In this document: positions 8,422 through 17,104 of the stretch, one piece after another | Numbering within the stretch: position 1 is the first letter of the stretch | How the letters are laid out: the number at the start of each line of letters is the position of its first letter | DNA from: Silvanigrellaceae bacterium | Lineage (GTDB): Bacteria; Bdellovibrionota_B; Oligoflexia; Silvanigrellales; Silvanigrellaceae | Reading direction: 5' to 3' | Length of the DNA stretch: 40,688 nt | Assembly (NCBI GenBank): GCA_049423385.1 | Contig: JBMSQQ010000023.1 | Span: 1-40,688, forward strand | Notes under the pieces: generated by a model | Told to the model about the DNA's origin: nothing | The model's input: the letters and a program-made list of their open reading frames with translations, nothing else | The model's database searches: none | Position numbers and translations under genes: made by a program

Positions 8422-9543
8422 CTAGAGTCGTCGCGCAATGATGGTAAATTCGTGTCTGTTGTGAAACAGGTGTCTTGAGGCGACGATTTCAAGGGAGCTC
8501 TGCTTGAAACAATTCGATACGAGGTCGAGTGCATTCTTCGCAGCATTGAAGTCGGGAAGCTTGAGTGTGAACACTATCAAGGCATTCTGTCTCATGGTTG
8601 ATCCAAGTTTTCCGACGACTGCAGCAGCGTTTGTATACGGGCCGTTCATGTCTGACAGAAGTGCATCAAACTTGGAAGCATCGTTCAGCTCTTGGGCGTT
8701 GATTCTGAGATGAGTCAAGCCCTTGTGCTGCGAAACACCGGGTGACATTTCGGCGAGATCCACAGCAGTGACTTGTGCGCCCCATTCGAGCAGGCATTGG
8801 GTCATGCCACCAGGCGCCGCACCGAGTTCCAACCAATGTGGAAAATGTTTTTGGCTGATACTTAATTCATCCAGTAGTGCGAGAACTTCGAGAATTTTGC
8901 CACCGGCTCGGCTGGGTAGTTCTTGAACCGGGTTTGCCGACTTGGACAGGTATCCCAAGCCGCCTGGAAGAGCAGAGCCCGTGTCGAGTCTGTTTCTGGA
9001 AAGGCCTGCATAAAGTCCCTTTTTATCAATCAATGCGGTCAGCACGGTCTGCGAAGCGTCACTGGTGCGATGTTGCGAGCGGAGTTGGAGAAGTCTTCCT
9101 TTCACCCCAATTGCAATTCTCTTCAATTCGGGGGTGGTCGAAAGAACCTCGAGGAATTCACCATTTGAGCCGAATTTGCGATGCAGTCCTTGTGCCGCTT
9201 TTTCGACAAATCCATCGATCGAAGGCTTTGTTGGCCATTGGTGTTCAAGCGGAGTGACCCATCTCGGGAAAACTGTCGAACGCAATTGACCCGATGAAAG
9301 ATTTTCATTTGTTCGCATGATGCAAAAATCGTTGCCGAGTTGTTCAATTTCGCAGGTTCCCTGCTCTGCAATGTCTGGCAAGAAGTCATTCATCCAGACC
9401 TGACGACTCTCGTGGCTGATCTGAAGCATCCAATTTCTGCAATCTCGGCCTGCTTCGCTCAGTCGTGAGTACTCGATTTGGGAATCAACTGTTTCGTCGA
9501 ACTTTGGTCCCAATTTGTTCTTTTTCGCCTGACTGTCCGCCAA
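8422..9543 (-). CDS. rlmM: RlmM-like (FtsJ/RrmJ-fold) SAM-dependent rRNA 2'-O-methyltransferase (TTG start)
   Basis: PSRAGGKILE, LELGAAPGG, VTAVD, LLSDMN, FTLKLP and HLFHNRHE follow the RlmM C-terminal motif order; AGGAG RBS before TTG. N-terminal half is divergent, so the target is not proven. Confidence 0.75.
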   Translation of the reverse strand: MADSQAKKNKLGPKFDETVDSQIEYSRLSEAGRDCRNWMLQISHESRQVWMNDFLPDIAEQGTCEIEQLGNDFCIMRTNENLSSGQLRSTVFPRWVTPLEHQWPTKPSIDGFVEKAAQGLHRKFGSNGEFLEVLSTTPELKRIAIGVKGRLLQLRSQHRTSDASQTVLTALIDKKGLYAGLSRNRLDTGSALPGGLGYLSKSANPVQELPSRAGGKILEVLALLDELSISQKHFPHWLELGAAPGGMTQCLLEWGAQVTAVDLAEMSPGVSQHKGLTHLRINAQELNDASKFDALLSDMNGPYTNAAAVVGKLGSTMRQNALIVFTLKLPDFNAAKNALDLVSNCFKQSSLEIVASRHLFHNRHEFTIIARRL

Positions 9544-9631
9544 CGTTTTCTCCTTGAAATTCTCGGGAGGTTTTTTGTTGCAGGCTGGAATTTCTCATTG
9601 GTTGAAATGCTTTATCAAGCGGTCCGGAGTT

Positions 9632-11200
9632 TCAAACAAAAAGATTGCCGCATGTCTTTTCAACTGATTTGCGAAATTCTCCGGTTTTGATGGCACTGGC
9701 AACGAGTTCGATGTCGTTTGCCAGTGCCCTGTCTGTTTCCATGAATTCCGAGTGTTGACGAACGAATTCGTACGCACTTCTGACTCCTGCTCCACCCTGG
9801 AGAGGCTTATGGAATTCAAGGCCTTGAGCGGCAGCGAGTGCTTCTATTGCCAACACCCGGGCCGTGTTGTCGAGAACCCTCTGAAGTTTGAGTGCTGCCG
9901 TCATGCCCATGCTGACGTGATCTTCCTGCTCGGCAGAGGTTGGAATGCTGTCTACAGAAGCAGGATGGCAGTGAACCTTGTTTTCACTGACAAGGGATGC
10001 TGCAACAACCTGAGGGATCATGAAACCTGAGTTGAGACCGGAGTCCTTCATGAGGAAGGCAGGCAGTCCGCTCATGTGAGGATTCACCAATTTGTCGATA
10101 CGTCGTTCGGAGATATTGGCTATTTCTGCCATTCCGATGGCCAAATAATCGAGAACCATGGCGACCGGCTCACCATGAAAGTTGCCACCGCTGAGAATTT
10201 CATCGGAATCAGAAAAAACCAACGGGTTGTCCGTGCTGGAGTTGGCCTCCGTCATAAGCGTATCAAGAACGTGTTTGAAGCAATTTCGGGCGGCTCCGTG
10301 GACCTGCGGAGCGCAACGAAACGAGTAAGGATCCTGAACCTTCTTGCATCCCGCATGACTCAATCGCAAGCCGTCGTCTGCCAATACCTTGCGCATATTC
10401 CCAGCAGCAACGGATTGCCCGGAGTGCGGGCGCACGCGCTGAATTTCGTCCCTGAATGCCGTCGCTGTTCCCAACGTTGCATCCAGAGACATCGCCACCG
10501 TGATATCTGCGCTGCATAGAAGTTGTGCAGCAGTGTCGCATGCTAGCAGGCCAATCGCAGTCATTACCTGCGTACCATTGATGAGAGACAATCCTTCTTT
10601 GGCTTCCGGAAGGAGTGCTGCTCTGCCCATATTGGAAAGAACCACGGCAGTGGGGTGAACCTTTGATTCCCATTCCACTTGCCCTTCGCCAATCAGGGCA
10701 AGAGCAAGATGTGCCAAGGGAGCCAAGTCACCGCATGCGCCGACCGAACCTTGGCTCGGAATAACGGGATGAATCCGGTTGTTCAGGAAAAACTCCATTT
10801 GTCTGAGAGTCGCTTCACGAACTCCGGAATTGCCGCGAAGCATCGTTTGCAGGCGAAGAACCATCAGCCCCCGGACGACCTCGGTCGGCAGAGGTTGTCC
10901 AACCCCGCAGGCGTGCGAGCGGATTAGATTCAATTGCAACTGACTGAGCTGTTCCGGGGCAATCCTGACACCTGCGAGTGCTCCAAAACCAGTGTTGATT
11001 CCGTAGAATGTCTCTCCACTCTTGACTCTTGACTCAACGCACCTTCTCGCGTCTTCGACCTTTGCAATTGCATTCGAATCCAGCGAAACGCGCGCTCCAT
11101 ATCGGGCAACATCGACAAATTGATCCAGGGTCAGTGAACAGCCATCCAACTGAATCAGTTCGTGGAATGGGCGGTTCTGTGAAGAAGAGCTGTGTGCCAT
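9632..11200 (-). CDS. hutH: Histidine ammonia-lyase (histidase) with Ala-Cys-Gly MIO triad
   Basis: YGINTGFG, NLIRSHACGVG (HAL-type SH), GSVGACGDLAPLAH, KEGLSLINGTQ, QDPYSFRCAPQVHG, GGNFHGEP, QEDHVSMG. ATG 11200 has an AGAGGA RBS. Confidence 0.93.
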   Translation of the reverse strand: MAHSSSSQNRPFHELIQLDGCSLTLDQFVDVARYGARVSLDSNAIAKVEDARRCVESRVKSGETFYGINTGFGALAGVRIAPEQLSQLQLNLIRSHACGVGQPLPTEVVRGLMVLRLQTMLRGNSGVREATLRQMEFFLNNRIHPVIPSQGSVGACGDLAPLAHLALALIGEGQVEWESKVHPTAVVLSNMGRAALLPEAKEGLSLINGTQVMTAIGLLACDTAAQLLCSADITVAMSLDATLGTATAFRDEIQRVRPHSGQSVAAGNMRKVLADDGLRLSHAGCKKVQDPYSFRCAPQVHGAARNCFKHVLDTLMTEANSSTDNPLVFSDSDEILSGGNFHGEPVAMVLDYLAIGMAEIANISERRIDKLVNPHMSGLPAFLMKDSGLNSGFMIPQVVAASLVSENKVHCHPASVDSIPTSAEQEDHVSMGMTAALKLQRVLDNTARVLAIEALAAAQGLEFHKPLQGGAGVRSAYEFVRQHSEFMETDRALANDIELVASAIKTGEFRKSVEKTCGNLFV

Positions 11201-11210
11201 GGCGTCCTCT

Positions 11211-11238
11211 TTGAAGTTTCTTTGGGTACGGATAAACT
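11211..11238 (+). promoter_or_regulatory. Candidate sigma70-type promoter for the 11267-16237 gene pair
   Basis: TTGAAG (11211-16), 16 nt, TAAACT (11233-38), in the 66-bp divergent gap; AGGGGA RBS precedes ATG 11267. Confidence 0.35.
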
Positions 11239-11266
11239 CTTTAAACACATCGTCAGGGGACATACC

Positions 11267-13381
11267 ATGGCCTACAGGTCGCGCTCAAAATTTACGCCGG
11301 GAAGCGGGGTACTCGCTTTCTTTGAGCAGGTTTCGCGGTACGTGTCATTGTCCGTTGTAGGATGGGTGGTTGTCTCCCTGTTTTTTATACTGTTCGTTGC
11401 AGATGGTAAAATCACCGATTCTTTTGATTTGCACCTCGTCAAAGGCATCTTCAGCAGCTTCAGGCTGTTTTGGACAGCAATGCTGATTCTTGCGTTCAAT
11501 GGTGTTTTGGGTGGATTGATAGCGCTGCCTTCTGCTTTGGTTCTGCTTATTTGCCGGCAATACCTCGATTACGAGTCCGGTCGCATTTCGCGCCGGGGAG
11601 GTGCCTGGAAAGTCAAACTCGTGCGAAGCCTGCCTGTCTCGGTATTGCTGACGAGCCATGCGTTGGTTCTGTTCGCCAATCTGATCTCTGCACCGCAGTT
11701 GACCCGCGATTGGTTCAAGGAAGACAGTAGATTTGCCTCCACGTTGACCGCGGCACATCATGTGATGGGTTCTTTGACCCGAAAATCCTATGCCGAAATC
11801 AAGAATGAGACGAAAAGTGAAAACTCAGCCACGAAGACTGCCAGCAAGAATCGTCAGGGTGAAGCTCGTCGGCTTCATTTGATTATGATTCCAGCAGATT
11901 TGATGGAGAACGATGATTTCAAGGCAGAGCAATCCAAGTTGAAGGACTCCGGACGGGTTTCGTTTGTGATCTCTGGTTCAAACATTATTGAGCAGCTGGA
12001 TTCGTTGTTTGTAAACTTGAAGGGGCCATTGGCGAATCTGCTTGGCAAGACCCTCCATGCTGCAAATGACTATGGACAAATCCAAAGCAAACCAGATGCA
12101 CAGGTGTTGGTCTCGATTTCTCCTCAACTTCGATTTGGGCGTCAGCCAGTGGGATTGGGTACAGACTCACTCGCGACCTTAAAAGACAAGATGATGATCT
12201 ATGAAGCTCAGAGAAGGCTTCTTCTGTCGCAGGTCCAAAATTTTGGTGTGATTCGACTTTTCGATGGTGTTCCGTTTGTCGGACAGAATATAGACTGGCT
12301 TGAACTTGTTTCTGATGATGTTGCGAGAATCAGATTGAGTGGCATGCAAATGTCCAGAGCCAGTAAGGATTCGAACAGCGTTGCTGTGATTCAACTGGAC
12401 AGCCTGGAAAATCGTTTTTCCAGCGTTCAGTCTCCCTTTCGTCCCAAGGGCTGGCCATTGAGAATTTCCAATCATGAAAGACGCTTGATTATTAAAAATA
12501 TTTTCCGGGAATTGGCTCAGTACATTTACGACAACGCCAGCAGTGAGCGGGATTTCTGGTTGATGCTTCCATACACGGACGAGAAACGAACCAAAGCAGT
12601 GAGCTTTGCAGTTTTTAAAGAAGGCTCCGGATTCATGGAGAGCCTTCTTGAAAAAAATCCTGTCGGTTTTGGCGTGCTGAACGACGAGCTTGGTACTCAA
12701 TTGGCCCGATTTCTTTCGGCAGCAGCAATTGTTCCCGATGCCCCGCTTGCCAAGGAAAGCAAACATGTCGCCGCGAATGACTCGTCACGCATGAGATGCT
12801 TTGATACCGAAGTTGATCCTGCAGGTTCAAATTTGCAATTCCAATCGTCGGATTTGCGGGAAAGAAGCCTAGGTGAGCTCTTGAATTCACTTATCCAGAT
12901 GCCGGAGAGTGATCTTCACTTCCTGAGTCGAGGGGCTCTCAATCTGATCGCCAGAGAACCAGGATTCGGATTTCTCTGTCGTACCGAGAATCAGTCGATA
13001 AACGAGGTCTACCTTCTGAAGTACCAATCGGGTGAGATGGCGATGATTCGACCTGTGCAAAACGGGATATTGTCGTCGATTCTCCTTTCCAGGCAGCATT
13101 CGGAAAATGAATCTGGTTCAAAATGGTCGTCGGCAAAGTTGGCTCAGTACGGATCACCAAACAGCAATTCGTCTGACCCGGATGATATTGCGATAAAACG
13201 CGATGTGCTTTCTGATTTCGTCGTATACCAGCTTCTGCCGAATTCGGTTCATGAAAATGAACTCAATGAACCTTCGGATTGGAGATTGATGGATCAACGG
13301 GAATCACAGATGTTTTTTGCAAAGTTTGAGCATGAAACCCTGCGTGTACTCGAAACTTTTGCGCGAGCGAGGATTCGTTGA
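11267..13381 (+). CDS. Membrane-anchored hypothetical protein, probable highly degenerate sulfatase/alkaline-phosphatase-fold domain
   Basis: About 3 N-terminal hydrophobic segments, then a soluble alpha/beta region whose pattern (LHLIMIPAD, VAVIQLDSL, DFWLMLPY, LNDELGTQLARFL) weakly parallels the sulfatase core. Start chosen by RBS and to avoid overlap with hutH. Confidence 0.6.
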   Translation: MAYRSRSKFTPGSGVLAFFEQVSRYVSLSVVGWVVVSLFFILFVADGKITDSFDLHLVKGIFSSFRLFWTAMLILAFNGVLGGLIALPSALVLLICRQYLDYESGRISRRGGAWKVKLVRSLPVSVLLTSHALVLFANLISAPQLTRDWFKEDSRFASTLTAAHHVMGSLTRKSYAEIKNETKSENSATKTASKNRQGEARRLHLIMIPADLMENDDFKAEQSKLKDSGRVSFVISGSNIIEQLDSLFVNLKGPLANLLGKTLHAANDYGQIQSKPDAQVLVSISPQLRFGRQPVGLGTDSLATLKDKMMIYEAQRRLLLSQVQNFGVIRLFDGVPFVGQNIDWLELVSDDVARIRLSGMQMSRASKDSNSVAVIQLDSLENRFSSVQSPFRPKGWPLRISNHERRLIIKNIFRELAQYIYDNASSERDFWLMLPYTDEKRTKAVSFAVFKEGSGFMESLLEKNPVGFGVLNDELGTQLARFLSAAAIVPDAPLAKESKHVAANDSSRMRCFDTEVDPAGSNLQFQSSDLRERSLGELLNSLIQMPESDLHFLSRGALNLIAREPGFGFLCRTENQSINEVYLLKYQSGEMAMIRPVQNGILSSILLSRQHSENESGSKWSSAKLAQYGSPNSNSSDPDDIAIKRDVLSDFVVYQLLPNSVHENELNEPSDWRLMDQRESQMFFAKFEHETLRVLETFARARIR

Positions 13382-16237
13382 ATGTCACGTCGCAATAATT
13401 TTAGATTCAATTTTTTTGTCACGTCGGCTGGCGCGGTTTTTTTGTTCGTGGCCGCAGCCGCATGGCTTGTGTCACGATTTCCGTGGCCAGTTTTTCATGT
13501 TGATTTTGCAGCAACGCGTGATTCGACTTTCATCGAAAATTGGCCACTTCCCGCTCTCGAGGAGGACAAGCAGGAGCGAAAAAAATTGCGCCGGTTTCCC
13601 AAATCGGAACAGCAGCGGCGTTTGGGAATCATTATGCGACGCATGGAATTCCTCAATGTTCCGATATTTGATTTTTTTCTGGACGAGGGTGTTCAGCTCA
13701 TCAGTCCCGAACTTCCGGTGGGAACGTCTCCATCGGCACCTTTGATTTGGCCGTCGATGAAGTCGAGGCGCAGGATCGGGACTGAAGATTCTTCTTTTCG
13801 TGACCTCAGTTACGTCGTGCTTCCATCAAGCTTCGGGGCACAGTGTGTCGAGGGGATTAACATTTTCGGCGGAGAAGAGATAAGGATCGGTTTGCCGCAA
13901 GCAAAGAACAAAAGAAGTATTGTCTTCAACGTCATACCTCTCACGCCGTCCAGTCTCAGGGCTTGGCTTGGACAATTCAGCTGGGCGAGGCAATTCAATG
14001 ATTCGGATGTCAACCGGATGCAATCGATAACCATTCCGGTCAACGATGCTGCTGCAACTTCGTTGAGATTGAGCATGGGTGCCGGAAGTTTGCTTTTGAC
14101 ATCCGCGTTTATTGCTCAATGGGACAGGTCAGGTCGATTGCCTGTGCAGGTCGGAACACAAAGTCTGGTCTGGCGCTCTGCCAATGAAAAAGTCACGGCT
14201 GAAAGTCAGGAAGAATCAGAGATTTCGTCTGACGAGGCGGTCGAGGAGCCGGGAAGTGCTCCCGGCGTGCAGGGAACTCCCGCTGCGCAACAAGCAGCTC
14301 AAGCGCCAAAGCCACCAGACACCACAGAAGCAAGCCCGCAGAAGACAAAGTCCAGCTCGACAGATGAGCTTTTGGATCCTGAGTCTGTCAAATACAATCC
14401 GGTCGTTGGCGTTTCGGGCCCGAGTTCGGTCGCTCTTGGATACAATGTGACTTTATTGCAGCTCGATCCTCTTTTGAATGATGTTCTTGCGGACGAGACG
14501 ATGTCTGCTGCATTGGCCCCACGCCTGAATGCTTTCTTGAAGCAGTCACTCAATTTGCCAGTTCAATTTCCAAACACGACATCAGCCGCTGATTTGTTCC
14601 AGCACACCATTGTCAGGCAGAATGGCGAGTTCATTCCGGTCGACCTTCCCATATTGACACGCGACCTTATTTCGGGTGCCGGTGTTTTCAACCTTTACCA
14701 GGATTTCAGGAACTATGGCTACAAAGTTGTCAGTTTTGCCAACCCCAAAGCATTGTCTCTTCCTTCCGCTCTGGCTCTGGGGAGTGAGGTTCCAAAAATC
14801 GAGGGTCGTTGGTTGGACAGCAATGATTGGAATTTTTTGGCTCGCCGCAAACAGCTGGATCAACTGAATGAACCCGTGACAGGACTTGAAGCCATTTTCA
14901 AGAATGAACAATCATCTCTTGTCCAGTCCATTTCGGATAATGACTTCTCTCGATTTGCAGAGATGCTTGAAGGGCTCGAACTGCAAAGTGATTCCGTTCC
15001 GGACTGGCGAGCAAATGAGCTTGCGGTTATCAATTCAAATAAGGTTTATCTGCCGAGAGTCGTCGATGGCTTCCAGAAATGGATCAAGGACAACAGTCAG
15101 GCACGATTTTTTGCGCACCTTTACCTGAACAACGAGGACCATTCTCTGCGTCCGTCGTTCAAGGATTTTATCAAGGTTCTCAAATACAAGAAGATTGGGG
15201 CGATAGCTTTTCCGGGAGTTGCCGACCGGTGGGCGCGAATCGTCATGTTGGACCGCGTCTTTGGTTACATCATTGATGCGTTGGTTGCTCGGAGAACCTA
15301 CCATAGGACCGTCATCGCTGTGATGTTGCCCGCTCGTTCCGACTCCAGAAAACCCGGAGCAGGGCGTGTCATGATCAGCGTTCCAGGACTACTGTCCAGG
15401 AAGTTCACATCAGACAAACCGCTCGCATTTGATGATGCAATAGCCTCGATTTCCCAAACTGTGGGTGTCCAGTTGAGCAATTATGACAGTGAAGGGCGAC
15501 TGGTTTTTAGAGGTCGGGGAATTGAAAAGGAAGTAGTCAAGGAAAAGCCGACCGAGCCCGGTTCAAATTCTAATGGACAGGTCAAAGTGGTGGCAGCAGA
15601 GGTTCCAAAGTCGGATCAACTGGGAGAAGCGCGTACTCAGCCAGCTCAGCCAGCTCAGTCAACTCAGTCGACCGTTACACCCACAACCGCAATTCCCGTT
15701 CAGCAGGTGAGCCGATACCGGATGATTGTTTTGCCTCGAGCCGCGGGTTGTCAGCCGTTTGAATGGGCCGCCTCGTCCGCCTATTTTGGTCTTAAGTCGA
15801 GTCAGCCAATCGTTGAGGAACCAGCTCCACGCGGACGCGTGATCCGGGTCTTTCCTTGTGGCTTGCGGGATCAGGTGATCGAATTGAGTTGGTTCCAGGC
15901 CCATTCCGGTGCCGATCAATCCAATTTTATAGCAGGCAACTTGCCGATTTGGCTTGGTGGATATTTCAGGCTGAATCAGCCTCTCGCGAAGTCAAGTGTC
16001 GCACTCGATGCACCCATGTTCTTGGTCGGACCTCAGGCGTTGCCATTTGATTCACTGCCACTGCGCTTGCAGAAGTTCTCCGCTTCGGAGGTACCGCAAT
16101 TGTTTGATTTCGGTGCCAAACAATCGCCTGAGAGAGAGACGCTTGCGAGGGTTTTGAACTTCAGTTCACAGGTTCATGGTCCCCAAATGTCGGCTCGGAC
16201 GTTGGTCTATTTTTTCAGGGAGCCGGTACGTCGATAA
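13382..16237 (+). CDS. Large exported or membrane-anchored protein with degenerate sulfatase-fold domain
   Basis: One N-terminal hydrophobic segment. The core (about 14440-15470) has NVTLLQLD, APRLNAF, FRNYGYKVVSF, WIKDNSQARFFAHLYL, LDRVFGYIIDAL...RTVIAV, VMISVPG and DDAIASISQTVGV in sulfatase order, but no C/S-x-P-x-R and no SDHG. Abuts the upstream stop (TGA-ATG). Confidence 0.7.
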   Translation: MSRRNNFRFNFFVTSAGAVFLFVAAAAWLVSRFPWPVFHVDFAATRDSTFIENWPLPALEEDKQERKKLRRFPKSEQQRRLGIIMRRMEFLNVPIFDFFLDEGVQLISPELPVGTSPSAPLIWPSMKSRRRIGTEDSSFRDLSYVVLPSSFGAQCVEGINIFGGEEIRIGLPQAKNKRSIVFNVIPLTPSSLRAWLGQFSWARQFNDSDVNRMQSITIPVNDAAATSLRLSMGAGSLLLTSAFIAQWDRSGRLPVQVGTQSLVWRSANEKVTAESQEESEISSDEAVEEPGSAPGVQGTPAAQQAAQAPKPPDTTEASPQKTKSSSTDELLDPESVKYNPVVGVSGPSSVALGYNVTLLQLDPLLNDVLADETMSAALAPRLNAFLKQSLNLPVQFPNTTSAADLFQHTIVRQNGEFIPVDLPILTRDLISGAGVFNLYQDFRNYGYKVVSFANPKALSLPSALALGSEVPKIEGRWLDSNDWNFLARRKQLDQLNEPVTGLEAIFKNEQSSLVQSISDNDFSRFAEMLEGLELQSDSVPDWRANELAVINSNKVYLPRVVDGFQKWIKDNSQARFFAHLYLNNEDHSLRPSFKDFIKVLKYKKIGAIAFPGVADRWARIVMLDRVFGYIIDALVARRTYHRTVIAVMLPARSDSRKPGAGRVMISVPGLLSRKFTSDKPLAFDDAIASISQTVGVQLSNYDSEGRLVFRGRGIEKEVVKEKPTEPGSNSNGQVKVVAAEVPKSDQLGEARTQPAQPAQSTQSTVTPTTAIPVQQVSRYRMIVLPRAAGCQPFEWAASSAYFGLKSSQPIVEEPAPRGRVIRVFPCGLRDQVIELSWFQAHSGADQSNFIAGNLPIWLGGYFRLNQPLAKSSVALDAPMFLVGPQALPFDSLPLRLQKFSASEVPQLFDFGAKQSPERETLARVLNFSSQVHGPQMSARTLVYFFREPVRR
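15635..15670 (+). repeat. In-frame imperfect 9-bp tandem repeat, 4 copies (TQP-AQP-AQS-TQS)
   Basis: ACTCAGCCA GCTCAGCCA GCTCAGTCA ACTCAGTCG in a low-complexity linker. Confidence 0.8.
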
Positions 16238-16282
16238 AGGGCCTTGGAAGGTCTGGTGATTCATTCATCCGCTTGAAAGTTT

Positions 16283-17101
16283 TCAGGAGCGCCTGAAAAC
16301 TTTCCATGGATTTCCTTGTTGCTGTGGCTTGATGATGATGTCATCAAGGTTGATGTGTTTCGGCTGTTGCAGAGCGAAAACAATGCTCTCGGCAACGTCG
16401 CCTGCGTCCAATGGTTGCAGTCCGCGGTAAACAGATTGCGCCCGTTCGTGATCACCGGCGAACCTTACAACGCTGAATTCGGTTTCCACCATTCCTGGTG
16501 AGATCATCATGACGCGAATGCCGTGGTCAAGTGTCTCGAGTCGCAAAGCCTCATGAAATGCCTTTACCGCGTGTTTTGTTGCACAGTAAACAGCTCCGTT
16601 TTCATAGGAAAAATGGGCAGCAACGCTGGAAAGCACAACAATGTCGCCGCTGTTTTTACGAATCATCTGGGCAGCAACACGCCGCGAAATCTCGAAAGCA
16701 GCGCCGACATTTGTATCGAGCATTTTCGACCAGTCTGCTGGGCTTGAATCAATGATTTTGGCAAATCCTGATGCCAATCCCGCATTGTTGATGAGAATGT
16801 CGACGTCCGTTGCACCATTTGCATCAAGTTCTTTGATGCTGTCCGTGCTCGTGAGATCCATGGGCATGGTTTTGACCGAGATTCCCGGGTTCAGGTTCAG
16901 CAATTCTTGTTTCAGTTCCTGCAGACGATCTTTCCGTCGAGCAACGAGATGCAGATTGCAACCCTCAAGAGCCAGCTTGACAGCAGTTGCGAGGCCTATT
17001 CCGGACGACGCTCCGGTCACGAGAGCGGTCTTGCCGCCCAGCGGGAGTCGCCGTTGGGCAAGCGCACGTTGAATTTGCGGCCGAATCGAATTCTGATTCA
17101 T
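16283..17101 (-). CDS. Classical short-chain dehydrogenase/reductase, YdfG-like NADP-dependent
   Basis: TGASSGIG, ARR, LINNAGL, YCATK, ISPGMVETEFSVVRF, QPKHINL. Confidence 0.9.
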   Translation of the reverse strand: MNQNSIRPQIQRALAQRRLPLGGKTALVTGASSGIGLATAVKLALEGCNLHLVARRKDRLQELKQELLNLNPGISVKTMPMDLTSTDSIKELDANGATDVDILINNAGLASGFAKIIDSSPADWSKMLDTNVGAAFEISRRVAAQMIRKNSGDIVVLSSVAAHFSYENGAVYCATKHAVKAFHEALRLETLDHGIRVMMISPGMVETEFSVVRFAGDHERAQSVYRGLQPLDAGDVAESIVFALQQPKHINLDDIIIKPQQQGNPWKVFRRS

Positions 17102-17104
17102 GGG

